A stretch of 64,000 bases of DNA. Source: Patescibacteria group bacterium (GTDB lineage: Bacteria; Patescibacteriota; UBA1384; XYA2-FULL-43-10; 1-14-0-10-43-13). Below the pieces are notes generated by a model, which was not told the DNA's origin, ran no database searches, and worked only from the letters and a program-made list of their open reading frames with translations. Shown piece after piece: positions 38,459-49,147 of the stretch; the stretch's first letter is position 1; each line of letters opens with the position of its first letter. A program made the position numbers and the translations under genes. Location of the stretch: NCBI GenBank assembly GCA_041666325.1, contig JBAYHC010000004.1:929-64928 (forward strand), given 5' to 3'.

Positions 38459-39550
38459 TCAGCGAGCCTGCATCCTAGCAAGCTCGGCCGCACCGGCGGC
38501 AATCTGCGCCTCAAGCTTCGGCTTGAGCGCCGGATCGCACTCCGCAAGCATCTTGTCATAAAGATCAGGACAATGCCAGCCAAAGATCGTCATCCCTGAT
38601 ACGGCGATAAGACGATAGAGCGCAAGCCTCATTGGCAGGATGTTCGTATTTCCTGTATTCAATAGTTTAGGGAAATTAGCCAGATAATTGGAGCAGATTG
38701 GATTAAAATCGCCCGCGCGTATCCTGGATAACAATTCTACGGCCCGATCAACTTGGCCGATGTAGAACTGACGCTGAGAAAGTAAATCGTGTGATTTCTC
38801 CCTGCGCATAGCGTCAAGATAAGAGAAATACAAACCAGCGTATTCCTGGGCTGCTTTCTTGCGTTCATCGCCCCGTTTCGCCCTGACACTCTCGTACCAC
38901 TTTAGGTCAATCTCTGCCTTGAGATTGAGCGATAGCGAATGAACACGCATTAGCATACCAAAACGCCAAGGATAGTAGCTGTAGGGCCCATAAAGAACCC
39001 GACAAAGCGCTCGTTGGGTCTCTGCTTGAGCATAAGGCAAAACTCTGACTGGTTCCTCGAGATACGTGTAGTCTGGCTCAGGACTACCAGTGCGACGCCT
39101 ATATTCATCTCCCCAGATCAAACAGTAGAAGTCAGCGGCCAACTCGCACAACTCAGGCTCAAGACACTTGTATTCGATCCCTCGCACCACCCGACTGAAT
39201 CGTTCGGGCCACCAGACCACATCGGAGAGCAATTCCGAATCGCCGGCGAGAGCAAGGAAGAGCAAGCGAGCCCTGACGTGCACAGAAAGACGTGTATTGA
39301 ACAGAGAGTCAGGAATCCAGGCAGTTCTCTGCAACTGCAATTCCCCAACATCTGCCTGCCACTTCTCGGGATCATAATAAAGAACTGGATGTGCGTCAAA
39401 GAATCCTTTCAATATCTCCTCAGCTGTCCGCTGCCTAGGTATTACCTTTTCAACTCCGGCCAAAGGACTTTTCCCTCGGCGCAACCAACGTTGCAACAGT
39501 CTCATTCTCTCCTCCATCTGCCCGCTAGGGCCGTCGACATAATACCACAC
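38459..39550 (-). CDS. Hypothetical protein (higher GC)
   Basis: 363-aa ORF with its own terminator. No motif recognised. Confidence 0.45.
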   Translation of the reverse strand: MWYYVDGPSGQMEERMRLLQRWLRRGKSPLAGVEKVIPRQRTAEEILKGFFDAHPVLYYDPEKWQADVGELQLQRTAWIPDSLFNTRLSVHVRARLLFLALAGDSELLSDVVWWPERFSRVVRGIEYKCLEPELCELAADFYCLIWGDEYRRRTGSPEPDYTYLEEPVRVLPYAQAETQRALCRVLYGPYSYYPWRFGMLMRVHSLSLNLKAEIDLKWYESVRAKRGDERKKAAQEYAGLYFSYLDAMRREKSHDLLSQRQFYIGQVDRAVELLSRIRAGDFNPICSNYLANFPKLLNTGNTNILPMRLALYRLIAVSGMTIFGWHCPDLYDKMLAECDPALKPKLEAQIAAGAAELARMQAR

Positions 39551-39698
39551 TGCCTGATATTTTCAAGTCCCTGATTTAATTTTACTATTTCTGCTGGTGC
39601 GATCCACCCAGAGATTTTTGCGTCTCCGCTAACAAGATTTTGTTTGCCTTAAATACTAATAAGGAATAACATTGGACTAGAAGTAACAAAGGAGAACA

Positions 39699-40304
39699 AT
39701 GGGTCAAGAAGATGAGAAGAAAAATGAACCGGGGATCATTCCCGCGCCACCAACTCCTACAGATGCGAGCAACGCTGCAGAGCAGTCAGATACGGCCCAA
39801 GCAGAGATGCAGCAAGTCGCCGCTCCGCCTATTAGTCCAACCGGCGCCCCTGCCCCAGCTGACCGCCAATACGCGGGATTCTGGATCCGCTTTCTTGCAC
39901 TCATTATTGATGGGATAATTTTGGGCATTGCCTTCATCCCGATTTTTGCCGTTTTGTCCGTCTTGAACATCGGCTCCTCACCGAGCATGTACTCTGTTGA
40001 TCCAGATTCCGGCGCCGGCTCAGCCTTCTCTCTGCCCAATCTGATTAAAACAGTCCTTGGCTGGATCTACTATGTTGTACTAAACGTTAAATTCGGCGGT
40101 AGTCTAGGCAAGATGGCATTAGGACTAAAGGTTATCGACGAGGCTGGTAACAGTGTCACTTACGCCACCGCTGCTATCAGAGAGATCGTCGGCAAAATTA
40201 TCTCCGCAATGGCCATTATGCTTGGTTACCTCTGGGTTGCCTTCGATCCCAAAAAACAGGCTTGGCATGACAAAATTGCCAAGACTTACGTCGTGCGCAA
40301 ATAG
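39699..40304 (+). CDS. RDD family membrane protein with Pro/Ala-rich N-terminal tail
   Basis: AAGGAG RBS. RFLALIIDGIILGI...WHDKIAKTYVVRK. Confidence 0.75.
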   Translation: MGQEDEKKNEPGIIPAPPTPTDASNAAEQSDTAQAEMQQVAAPPISPTGAPAPADRQYAGFWIRFLALIIDGIILGIAFIPIFAVLSVLNIGSSPSMYSVDPDSGAGSAFSLPNLIKTVLGWIYYVVLNVKFGGSLGKMALGLKVIDEAGNSVTYATAAIREIVGKIISAMAIMLGYLWVAFDPKKQAWHDKIAKTYVVRK

Positions 40305-40324
40305 TATGAAAGAGCTTAGTACTC

Positions 40325-40356
40325 AAAAATGGCTGGAGAAACTCCAGCCATTTTTG
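40325..40356. terminator. Bidirectional terminator between the RDD gene and ppsA
   Basis: AAAAA-tggctggag-aaa-ctccagcca-TTTTT. Confidence 0.55.
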
Positions 40357-40359
40357 CTT

Positions 40360-42699
40360 TTACCGATCAATTATATTGGAAAGTAAGAGGCGCTTTTCAA
40401 CTGAGGCAATGAGTTTTCGCGTAGAGAGAATCATATCTGGAGTGACTGAAACTGAGGTTGTGCCGGCCCGGACCATCATCTCTGTAATCTCGGGATAAAC
40501 CGATGGCGCCTGACCGCAAATCGAGCAGGTTACATTGTGCTTGCGGCAAGTCTTGATAACATATTCGATCGACAGTGCCACCGACTCATCGCGCTCATCA
40601 AAGAGCTTAGCCAAAACCTGATTGTCACGATCAACGCCAAGCGTAAGTTGTGTCAGGTCATTAGAGCCGATCGAAATACCATCTATCCCAAGGGCGAGGA
40701 ACTTCTCGAGAAGGATGACATTAGAAGGAATCTCACACATCATCCACAACTTAAAGTCGGGAGATTGGCGCAACCCGCTATCCTCGACCATCTTTTTGAC
40801 CTGGCGCATCTCCTCAATGGTTCGGACAAAGGGGATCATCAACCAAAGATTTTTGAGATCAAAGCTATCTCTAACCTGCTTGATGGCTTCAAGCTCAAGA
40901 GCAAACATCTCTGGCTCGGCAATATAGCGAGAGGCGCCGCGATAACCAATCATTGGATTATCTTCGGCCGGCTCAAACTTTTCTCCACCCTTCAAACCCC
41001 TGTATTCGTTTGTTTTGAAATCGGTTGCTCTGTAAACTACCGGTCGGGGTGAAAACGCCTGAGCGATTGTTTTGATACCTTCAGAGAGTTTCTTAACATA
41101 CTCATCGCCCCGGCCGTCTTCAACCATGGCGCGTGGATGTTCGCCTATCTCAGCAATCATAAATTCCGCCCGCAGAAGTCCGACACCGTCAACCGGAAGT
41201 TTGGCCACCTCGACTGCCAAATGGGGCTCACCTAAATTGACGTAAACCTTGGTGCCGGTAACCGGCGCTTCTTCGACATGTGCAGATCCGCTCAGACCTC
41301 CTGCCGCAGCACTTGTGGCAGCCGGTTGCACTGTTTCAATCCTACCCTTGTAGACCATACCGCCACCGCCATCAACTGAAATTATCTGGCCGTTCTTTAG
41401 CACACTAGTCGCCGTGCCAGTTCCAACTACACATGGAATACCAAGCTCTCTAGAAACAATAGCCGCATGGCAGGTCCGCCCCCCGGTATCAGTTACGATC
41501 GCTGCTGCGCGACGCATTGCCGGAACAAAATCAGGAGTTGTCATTTCTGTTACCAGGACATCACCCTCGGAAATTTTATCGATCTCGGTTGGCTTGTGAA
41601 TGATTTTAACTGGACCTGACGCCATACCCATTGAAGCAGCCGCACCTCTCAGCATTACTTCGGCTTGCGAAGAGGGAATACCAGGGGACTCTTTTGTGGC
41701 TGCAGTGCTCTCCTGATTCCTCTCAACCTTTGCCTTGCCCAGGGTTGTTATTGGCCTCGATTGAACAAAATAAATCTTACCCTTCTCAATTGCCCATTCT
41801 GTATCTTGAGGTTTATCGTAGTGCTTTTCGATCAATAGGCCGACCTTCGCCAATTCGGTAATCTCATCGTCAGTCAGTTTCTGGCTCTCCTGCAGCTTGG
41901 CAGGAATATTGACGTGTTTGTCTCCACCTTTGAAATTTTGGACGATCTGCCAAGTTTGCTTGTGTATTTCCTTGTTCACTATCTTTAAGTCGTTTTTATC
42001 CACCAGATAGCGATCGGGAGTAACAGATCCCGAAACAATGGCCTCGCCAAGTCCAAACCCAGCCTCAATAACAATATGGCTCGCATTTTCAGTGACAGGA
42101 TCAACGGTGAAGAGGATGCCCGACTTCTCGGATTCGATCATATTTTGCACAGGCACAGATATGCCCACCTTCATATGATCGAAGTTGTTAATAGCACGGT
42201 AGTAAATTGCTCTTGCCTCGAACAGCGAGGCATAACACTTTTTAACCGCGGCAACGACTTCTTCTTTCCCTTTAATATTGAGATAGGTCGCCTGCTGCCC
42301 AGCGAAAGAAGCGTCGGGTAAATCTTCAGCGGTCGCAGACGATCGGACAGCCACGGCCAGTCCGCCCAATCGGTGATAGGCCTCAGTGATAGACGACGCC
42401 AGATCTTTGGGTATATCTGCGTCCATAATTTGTTTTTTGATATCTCTCGAAATCTTGTTCAGAGCTTTTGTGTCTTCCGGCTTAATCTTGCTCAGGCTTT
42501 TTTCGATTGCCTTCTTCAACCCTGACCGCTCAAGAAAATAGTAATACGCCTGTGCGGTAACACAAAAACCATTCGGAACAGGTATGCCCGCCTTCACGAG
42601 TTCGCCCAAATTCGCGCCCTTGCCCCCGGCCTTATCGATATCGTTTCGATTTATCTCCGAAAACCAAAGAACATGGGGTACCTTCTTGCCTAATTTCAT
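40360..42699 (-). CDS. ppsA: Phosphoenolpyruvate synthase / pyruvate, water dikinase
   Basis: ATP-grasp N-terminus, phosphohistidine domain GGRTCHAAIVSRELGIPCVVG, PEP-utilising C-terminus. Confidence 0.9.
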   Translation of the reverse strand: MKLGKKVPHVLWFSEINRNDIDKAGGKGANLGELVKAGIPVPNGFCVTAQAYYYFLERSGLKKAIEKSLSKIKPEDTKALNKISRDIKKQIMDADIPKDLASSITEAYHRLGGLAVAVRSSATAEDLPDASFAGQQATYLNIKGKEEVVAAVKKCYASLFEARAIYYRAINNFDHMKVGISVPVQNMIESEKSGILFTVDPVTENASHIVIEAGFGLGEAIVSGSVTPDRYLVDKNDLKIVNKEIHKQTWQIVQNFKGGDKHVNIPAKLQESQKLTDDEITELAKVGLLIEKHYDKPQDTEWAIEKGKIYFVQSRPITTLGKAKVERNQESTAATKESPGIPSSQAEVMLRGAAASMGMASGPVKIIHKPTEIDKISEGDVLVTEMTTPDFVPAMRRAAAIVTDTGGRTCHAAIVSRELGIPCVVGTGTATSVLKNGQIISVDGGGGMVYKGRIETVQPAATSAAAGGLSGSAHVEEAPVTGTKVYVNLGEPHLAVEVAKLPVDGVGLLRAEFMIAEIGEHPRAMVEDGRGDEYVKKLSEGIKTIAQAFSPRPVVYRATDFKTNEYRGLKGGEKFEPAEDNPMIGYRGASRYIAEPEMFALELEAIKQVRDSFDLKNLWLMIPFVRTIEEMRQVKKMVEDSGLRQSPDFKLWMMCEIPSNVILLEKFLALGIDGISIGSNDLTQLTLGVDRDNQVLAKLFDERDESVALSIEYVIKTCRKHNVTCSICGQAPSVYPEITEMMVRAGTTSVSVTPDMILSTRKLIASVEKRLLLSNIIDR

Positions 42700-42847
42700 C
42701 GCACTCCCTCCATAATATCCAAGTTACACAGCTCATAAGCAGGTAGGCCAGTAAGCATGTAAGCTAACCCGCAACCTATATCGATAGCTGCTTCATTATT
42801 CATTAACCTATCAGCCTGTATGTTTACTCGCCTACTTGCTTACCAGC

Positions 42848-43312
42848 TTACTTGCTCCCTAAAACTTCATCCAAAACACTCTTTGTGATATCCCAACCAA
42901 AGCCTCTGGAGGTCAAATATCGTCCGAGCTTCTCGAAGGCTTCTGCTGGATCAATCTTTTTTCGTTCCATCCATTTGCTGGCTGCTTCCCTCGCCAGCCC
43001 TCTTTCAGTAGAAGCTGATAGACTGGAAAGAGCTTCATCCACCAGGTCGTCGGCAACATGCAGCTTCTTCAGCCGCATCCTCAAGCTAAATTTGCCCTGT
43101 GGTTTAAAGGCTAGCTGATTTTTGATATATTGGGCAACAAATTTCTTGTCATCAAGAAAACTGCGCTCATTTAACCATGAAACAACAGACTCTATCTCGT
43201 CGTCGCAAAAACCTTTTTGGCGCATCTTGGCACGTATCTCGCCCGTCGACCGATCTCTGATTTTGATCAATCGAAGAGCGTACTCTTTTGGTTTGTTGTT
43301 TGTGTTCTCCAT
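42848..43312 (-). CDS. recX: Regulatory protein RecX
   Basis: Three-helix repeats YALRLIKIRDRSTGEIRAKMRQKGF. Downstream of recA. Confidence 0.75.
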   Translation of the reverse strand: MENTNNKPKEYALRLIKIRDRSTGEIRAKMRQKGFCDDEIESVVSWLNERSFLDDKKFVAQYIKNQLAFKPQGKFSLRMRLKKLHVADDLVDEALSSLSASTERGLAREAASKWMERKKIDPAEAFEKLGRYLTSRGFGWDITKSVLDEVLGSK

Positions 43313-43325
43313 CTTAACGCTTGGC

Positions 43326-43565
43326 CTATCTTGACGTGGCCAGAGCAAAGAGAAAAATCATCAAACCAAAGATCATAAAAAGTGCGCCCATGACTGCTAT
43401 AACTATAACTGTCGGCGACACGCCATCCCCAGCGCTACCCATGTCGGCGTTCACAAAACCACGCAATGCAACAGTCAAGAGTCCTGCGCCAACGACAAAG
43501 GTTGTAACACTATAGCGAATCTTATGCTGTCGGTTCTTCATCCTTCCCTCCCTGATGAACTGCAT
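43326..43565 (-). CDS. Possible small membrane protein between recA and recX (doubtful)
   Basis: 79-aa ORF with two hydrophobic helices. It overlaps both neighbouring genes. Confidence 0.25.
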   Translation of the reverse strand: MQFIREGRMKNRQHKIRYSVTTFVVGAGLLTVALRGFVNADMGSAGDGVSPTVIVIAVMGALFMIFGLMIFLFALATSR

Positions 43566-44589
43566 TCAATATTTCTTCCCTCAATTGCGTAATGACTTCT
43601 GGATTGTTTGCCAGGAAAACTCGCGCACTGTCCTTGCCCTGGCCAAGTTTTTCTCCCTTGTATGACACCCATGACCCGGCACGTTCAATGACGCCGTGTC
43701 GGATACCAAGGTCAACCAATTCGCCTGTTCGGTCTATGCCTTCATTAAAGAGAATGTCAAATTCCGCTGTTTTAAAGGGCGGAGCCACCTTGTTTTTGAC
43801 GACTTTAACAGCAACATGGTTTCCGATGTCATCCTCACCACGCTTGAGTGCTGCCTTCCTTCTAATATCAAGACGTACCGAAGAGTAAAATTTCAGAGCA
43901 TTACCACCGGTTGTTGTTTCTGGATTACCAAACATGACGCCAATCTTCATTCTGATCTGGTTGATGAACACAAGGATAGTCTTTGACTTAGAGACAGCGC
44001 CTGTAAGCTTTCGAAGTGCTTGGCTCATCAATCTGGCCTGGACACCCATCATTGCCTCGCCCATCTCACCCTCGATCTCAGCGCGGGGAACAAGTGCAGC
44101 CACAGAGTCAATAACAATGATATCGAGCGCATTAGAGCGAACTAGTGTTTCGGTAATCTCTAGAGCTTGCTCACCTGTGTCCGGCTGAGAAATAAGTAGA
44201 TTGTTTAGATCAACTCCAAGCTTGCCCGCGTACTCCGGGTCAAAGGCGTGTTCTGCATCGATGAACGCTGCATTGCCGCCTAGCTTTTGAGCTTCAGCAA
44301 CAGCACTCAGTGCGAGGGTTGTTTTACCAGAAGACTCAGGTCCGTAAATTTCAATAACACGACCCCTTGGCAGGCCACCAACTCCCAGGGCCAGATCAAG
44401 CGAGAAGGAGCCAGTTGGAACAACATCAACTTTGAGTTTGGCACTTTCGCCCATACTCATGATTGACCCCTTGCCAAACTGCTTTTCAATCGAAGCCAAA
44501 GCAGCCCTTAATGCATCATCACGGCCTGAAACAGGTTTGTCCTCAATCGCCTCTTCTGATCCCTCCTGAATTGCGCTCCGTTTGGACAT
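43522..44589 (-). CDS. recA: Recombinase RecA
   Basis: Start at MSKRSAIQ with an AAAGGAG RBS. Walker [11 protein letters not shown]1/L2 loop motifs. Confidence 0.95.
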   Translation of the reverse strand: MSKRSAIQEGSEEAIEDKPVSGRDDALRAALASIEKQFGKGSIMSMGESAKLKVDVVPTGSFSLDLALGVGGLPRGRVIEIYGPESSGKTTLALSAVAEAQKLGGNAAFIDAEHAFDPEYAGKLGVDLNNLLISQPDTGEQALEITETLVRSNALDIIVIDSVAALVPRAEIEGEMGEAMMGVQARLMSQALRKLTGAVSKSKTILVFINQIRMKIGVMFGNPETTTGGNALKFYSSVRLDIRRKAALKRGEDDIGNHVAVKVVKNKVAPPFKTAEFDILFNEGIDRTGELVDLGIRHGVIERAGSWVSYKGEKLGQGKDSARVFLANNPEVITQLREEILNAVHQGGKDEEPTA

Positions 44590-44693
44590 AAAACTCCTTT
44601 TTAAAGTAGAGAGTAGAGGGCAGAAGGCGGAGAGGACACAAATCATCAGCTTGAGTTTGTGCTCCCTTTCTACCTTCTACTTTCTACCTTCTA

Positions 44694-45404
44694 CTACTTG
44701 ATACTCTGATCACTCGAAATTGAGGCGGTCTGAGGACGGTATTCGACTGTGTAGACGCGCGAACTTTCCTTCTTGGCCTTGTTGACAGCCCGAACATTGA
44801 TGACATTGACACCTCGATGAAGTCGCAGATTTAGGCTGAATCGACCATCGCTCGTAACAGGAACGCTCTCGTCATTCACCAGCACAACGGCATCACTGTT
44901 AGTAATTCCGGTGATATCCAAACTGTCGTCAGGTATAACAGTGTTGTCTTTTGGCGTAACAATTTTGAGATCAGGGGTTCCGGCAAAACCAGCAACCTGA
45001 TAGACGATATAGGAAAACATCGAGACAACAAATAGACAGAGGGCAGAGTAAGCCAGCAACCGCGGCGTGATAAGCACCCTCGCCTCCCTGATCGTTTTGC
45101 TGTACGACAATCCACCCGAATGATGCTTGCCATAAACCGACAGTTCTCGCTCAAAACAACGCAACACCTGAGACAGGTCTTGCTCTAAATAGCGAGCATA
45201 GGCAAGAACGAATCCTCGCGCGTATACAGCCTGGGGTAAAATCCGCCAGTTTCCACTCTCAAGAGCAGCCAAATACTTTGCCCGGACCTTTGTTGCGCTC
45301 TCTGCTTCGAGAAGAGAGACGCCCTTTTCAAGTCTTCTGGACTTAAGGCGCTCAGCAAGAGTAGCTTCGTGGCTAATTTTTTTCTTGGAAAAACCACTTA
45401 TCAT
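44694..45404 (-). CDS. RodZ-like protein (N-terminal HTH_25, TM, C-terminal DUF4115-like)
   Basis: LAERLKSRRLEKGVSLLEAESATKVRAKYLAALESGNW, one TM, and a conserved C-terminal beta domain. Confidence 0.6.
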   Translation of the reverse strand: MISGFSKKKISHEATLAERLKSRRLEKGVSLLEAESATKVRAKYLAALESGNWRILPQAVYARGFVLAYARYLEQDLSQVLRCFERELSVYGKHHSGGLSYSKTIREARVLITPRLLAYSALCLFVVSMFSYIVYQVAGFAGTPDLKIVTPKDNTVIPDDSLDITGITNSDAVVLVNDESVPVTSDGRFSLNLRLHRGVNVINVRAVNKAKKESSRVYTVEYRPQTASISSDQSIK

Positions 45405-45561
45405 TACTAAAATTATTCTAAACCAAGCTAGTTAATTTGTCCAATCTGGCAGAGAACAGCGAGTATTGAGTAGAGTGAAAACAGCAGAGCAAGAGCCAGG
45501 AACACGTCGAGGGTTACGCCATGTTTTTACTCCCTGCTTTCCCTGTTCTGTCTCTGACTTT

Positions 45562-47811
45562 TTAGAAAAGATTACGCTCGTCATTACCACCGTAATCGTC
45601 ATTACTGCCACCTTGCTCCGAACGAAACATTCCAGAATCATTGCCAGCAACCAAAATATCTCTCGGTTTGGCTCCATCGGCCGGTCCGATAACACCGGCC
45701 TCCTCGAGAAGATCGAGCAAACGCGCTGCCCTGGCATAACCAACTCTCAAACGCCGCTGCAGCAGAGAGGCTGAGGCTTTTCCTGCCCGAACAACCGTTT
45801 CAACTGCTTCGTCATACAAATCATCTTCGCCCGAAGATTCTCCCCCAACCACACCGGATGTTCGGGCAGCACGAAAATTCATAATCGACTCATCATATTG
45901 AGCAGGGCTCTTGCCCTTCAGGAATTCATTAACAGACTCAATTTCTTGATCGGAGACAAAACAGCCCTGAATGCGACGCGGCTTATCGACACCGTTACCG
46001 ACAAAGAGCATGTCTCCTCGGCCAAGCAACTTCTCTGCACCAGACATATCCAAGATCGTCCTTGAGTCGACTTGGGAGGCTGTAGCAAAGGCGACACGGC
46101 ACGGGATATTCGCCTTGATCAGACCTGTTAGAACATCAACAGACGGACGCTGTGTTGCCACAATAAGGTGAATGCCCGTCGCTCTAGCCATCTGGGCCAA
46201 TCGGACGATCGAGCCCTCAACCTCTTTGGCTGAGGTTGCCATCAAGTCAGCCAATTCATCAATTACGATAACGATGTACGGCATCTTGCCACCTTCGCCA
46301 GGAGCAGCATTGTAAGCAGTAATATTGCGCTTACCAAGCTTGGCAAATAGCTCATAACGGCGTTCCATCTCATAGACTGCCCACTTAAGGGTAGAAACTG
46401 TTTTGTCGACTTCAGTCACAACTGGCGTAAGAAGGTGGGGAATGCCGTTAAAGCCGGTCAGCTCGACGCGCTTAGGGTCAACCAATATCAGACGAAGATC
46501 TGCCGGAGAATTATTGTAAAGAAGCGTGATAATAACGGCGTTGATACAGATAGATTTGCCAGAACCAGTCGCACCGGCAATAAGCATGTGCGGCATCTTC
46601 TCCAGATCGATCGCAACTGGCTCACCTGCAACATCGCGCCCCATCGCTAGCGCAAGTTTGCTTTTTACCGCGTGAATCTCCTTAGACACCAAAACTTCCC
46701 GCAAGGTTACCTTGGCAGGGATCTTGTTAGGGATCTCCAGACCGACTAGATTTTTACCCGGAATCGGAGCCTCTACGCGCAGGCTCTGAGCGGACAAAGC
46801 TAACGCAAGATCATTTTGCCGAGCTACAATTTGGTTTAGCTTTACACCCTCACTGGGCTTCAACGTATATTGAGTAACGGTCGGGCCGATATTTACATCT
46901 CCCAGCGTAACCTCAATATTGAAATTCTTGAGCGTCTTTTGAATTATCTCAGCATTCTTATTTATATTGCCAGAACTGGCGACCTCGTCGCTATCCTTCA
47001 AGATATCAACGGGCGGATACTCCCAAGCGGTATCCTTCTTTAATGATGCAGATAAATTCATTGGAGCGGCTTCGATCACTGGAGCAGCATTGTGGCCATC
47101 CCTGGTTTTCTTGATCGTGCCAAGACGACGACGAACTGATTCGAAAACTGAAACCTTCGTTGACCCAGTATTAACATTGACTTTGCCACTCTTGGCATCA
47201 TTTTCCTCCTCATCATCCCCGGATGAGAGCCAAGGCAAAGAGTAATGCGTAATCATTAGGATAGAGATGAATGTCAGAGCAACGGAGACCAAAAAAGTCG
47301 GGAACAGACCAATGCCCTGGCGCAACGGAGTCGAGACCAAGTAGCCAACATATCCGCCGCCTCGGCTTGTCTGTACTGCCTCCAGCGCCTCTTCTTCAGG
47401 AATGAAAAGATGGATAAAAACCATGACGGAGATCAAAAACAGGCCGATGCCGATAAATCGTGAGATCTTGTATCCGCTCTTGGGCGGAACAAGCAGGATA
47501 GCCCCCAGATAAAGGATGGAAACGGCGAACAAAAAAGCGCCTACAGTTCCAAATAGTCGCTTACTAACAAGAACGAAAGCAGCTCCGACCTGTCCGGCCG
47601 AACCGAAAAATCCCATCAGGACAATCGTAGCCACAATTATGATAAACAGTGCAAAAATTATGCGCCAAACTTCTCCGGGAAGACCAAGCGACCAATCGAA
47701 GACAAAATCGCCCCATTCGTTTTCCTTCTGATACCACTTCGGCTTTTTTTGCTTGTGCTTGGGGTATTTTCTTTTTCGACCCACTGCGCCCTCCCATTTA
47801 TGAATGCCCAT
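45562..47811 (-). CDS. ftsK: DNA translocase FtsK/SpoIIIE
   Basis: Start at MGIHKWEG. N-terminal TM helices. Motor domain with LIAGATGSGKS and VIVIDELADL. C-terminal gamma winged helix. Confidence 0.9.
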   Translation of the reverse strand: MGIHKWEGAVGRKRKYPKHKQKKPKWYQKENEWGDFVFDWSLGLPGEVWRIIFALFIIIVATIVLMGFFGSAGQVGAAFVLVSKRLFGTVGAFLFAVSILYLGAILLVPPKSGYKISRFIGIGLFLISVMVFIHLFIPEEEALEAVQTSRGGGYVGYLVSTPLRQGIGLFPTFLVSVALTFISILMITHYSLPWLSSGDDEEENDAKSGKVNVNTGSTKVSVFESVRRRLGTIKKTRDGHNAAPVIEAAPMNLSASLKKDTAWEYPPVDILKDSDEVASSGNINKNAEIIQKTLKNFNIEVTLGDVNIGPTVTQYTLKPSEGVKLNQIVARQNDLALALSAQSLRVEAPIPGKNLVGLEIPNKIPAKVTLREVLVSKEIHAVKSKLALAMGRDVAGEPVAIDLEKMPHMLIAGATGSGKSICINAVIITLLYNNSPADLRLILVDPKRVELTGFNGIPHLLTPVVTEVDKTVSTLKWAVYEMERRYELFAKLGKRNITAYNAAPGEGGKMPYIVIVIDELADLMATSAKEVEGSIVRLAQMARATGIHLIVATQRPSVDVLTGLIKANIPCRVAFATASQVDSRTILDMSGAEKLLGRGDMLFVGNGVDKPRRIQGCFVSDQEIESVNEFLKGKSPAQYDESIMNFRAARTSGVVGGESSGEDDLYDEAVETVVRAGKASASLLQRRLRVGYARAARLLDLLEEAGVIGPADGAKPRDILVAGNDSGMFRSEQGGSNDDYGGNDERNLF

Positions 47812-47892
47812 AACAAAATTGCTTTTTCTCCAATCTATTATATAGCAAATTGACTCAAATCTCAAAACAAAATGCTCAACGAAGCCACGAAG

Positions 47893-47924
47893 TGAATACC
47901 GCCGGCTCACGCCGGCGGTATTCA
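47893..47924. repeat. Perfect 14-bp-arm palindrome (gtgaataccgccgg-ctca-ccggcggtattcac); not followed by a U-run
   Basis: Perfect inverted repeat next to the RPE-like element. Possible protein-binding site or RNA hairpin. Confidence 0.45.
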
Positions 47925-47970
47925 CCGCTCTCAATAGTGGCTACGCCACCTCCGCCCAACTACACCCGTT

Positions 47971-48058
47971 GTCATCCTGAGTGGAACGAAGGATCTAGGT
48001 CGCCGCGGCGACCGCATGCGGCTTGCGCCTAGATTCTTCGCCTTCGGCTCGGAATGAC
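47971..48058. repeat. RPE/MITE-like palindromic repeat element, intergenic copy
   Basis: Imperfect about 30-bp terminal inverted repeats (gtcatcctgagtggaacgaaggatctagg / cctagattcttcgccttcggctcggaatgac) flank an internal core with the perfect palindromes gtcgccgcggcgac and ccgcatgcgg. A related copy lies at 62873-62968. Confidence 0.5.
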
Positions 48059-48157
48059 TTAAAAAATAGGATCGAATTTCTGGGTTCATGGCCCAACGGC
48101 TTGTGCCTAGATTCGAATTATGTTATAAGTATGCCAGTGTCGAAGGGAGAAGCGTGG

Positions 48158-49000
48158 ATGCAAAGAAAACCGGAAGGACACCCTCGCAACGAGGGTACGC
48201 CGAATCTTGTTGAGTTCCTCAACGCTCAACGTTATGTTAACGGCATTATGACCGGCGTCCACAACAGACGCTTGAATCAATGGCAGCATCACATCAACCC
48301 GGACCGGGCAGATGCCTTGTGCCAGGCGCTCAATGTTGGACCAATCGTCCTTACGCGATTGATGGCCGAATATAGCCAGAGCAGAGGGCTTCTGGCTGAT
48401 GCCATGGAGTTTAAGTCCGGCCTCTTGGCTCATGACCGCCGCACAACTCAGGCACGATTCATGACCATGCCTAAAGGGGCTACTGGTTGGCATGATGCCA
48501 ATGCGCAACTCGACGATTATCTGGAAGCACTTCACGAGCTTGAATTGATCGACCTTGAGCACTCGTTGTGGAATATCGAAGTCCCCGATCTGAATGCGAT
48601 CAATATTTACCATCCGCTCCGTCGCAACGGACCCAATTTCCCGCCTGTTCTATGGGACAGGAAAGGGCCAAGGCCAGAACTCGAGTCGGCACGCTTGATT
48701 GACCTCCTCGATCTCATCCTGGACGCAGCCTGCGTCGCCGTGATGAAGGGTTGGAAAAGACGCTATGGCAGCGATAAGCGCAATTTTCTACCCTTCCCGC
48801 ACAACCATACGACCGGATGGACATCGCTTTGGATTAATAGCGACGAGGATGCTGCCAAAGACAAGGCTATCCTTCATGTGATGACTTCCCCTTGCTTCCA
48901 AGACGATCCTTGTATCATTCGTCTGATGAAGGGCGGAGCGAATCATCCCGCTGCCATTCCGTTCCTCGGATCTGGCGCGACTGACGACACCGCGGATTAA
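48158..49000 (+). CDS. Hypothetical protein (higher GC; start at MQRKPEG)
   Basis: GAAGGGAGAAG RBS. No motif recognised. Own terminator. Confidence 0.45.
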   Translation: MQRKPEGHPRNEGTPNLVEFLNAQRYVNGIMTGVHNRRLNQWQHHINPDRADALCQALNVGPIVLTRLMAEYSQSRGLLADAMEFKSGLLAHDRRTTQARFMTMPKGATGWHDANAQLDDYLEALHELELIDLEHSLWNIEVPDLNAINIYHPLRRNGPNFPPVLWDRKGPRPELESARLIDLLDLILDAACVAVMKGWKRRYGSDKRNFLPFPHNHTTGWTSLWINSDEDAAKDKAILHVMTSPCFQDDPCIIRLMKGGANHPAAIPFLGSGATDDTAD

Positions 49001-49068
49001 TACTTCTTATACGAGAGAAGGTGTCGCTTCGTTTGCGGCGCGCAGTCATAAATCTATCTTACATTCCG

Positions 49069-49093
49069 CCAGCGGGCCTCGCCCGCTTTTTTG
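49069..49093 (+). terminator. Rho-independent terminator (agcgggc-ctc-gcccgct + TTTTTT)
   Basis: GC hairpin plus U-run. Near-identical to the terminator at 49714-49737. Confidence 0.6.
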
Positions 49094-49147
49094 TTCGATG
49101 GAAATTGAATTTTGAAATGTACTGTGGTATAAGTAGTCTCAATCGCG

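Noticed and set aside
43326-43565. 79-aa ORF between recA and recX as a real gene
   Set aside because: It overlaps the 3' end of recA and the 5' end of recX in another frame. It is kept only as a low-confidence feature. It is probably an artefact of the compact recA-recX junction.
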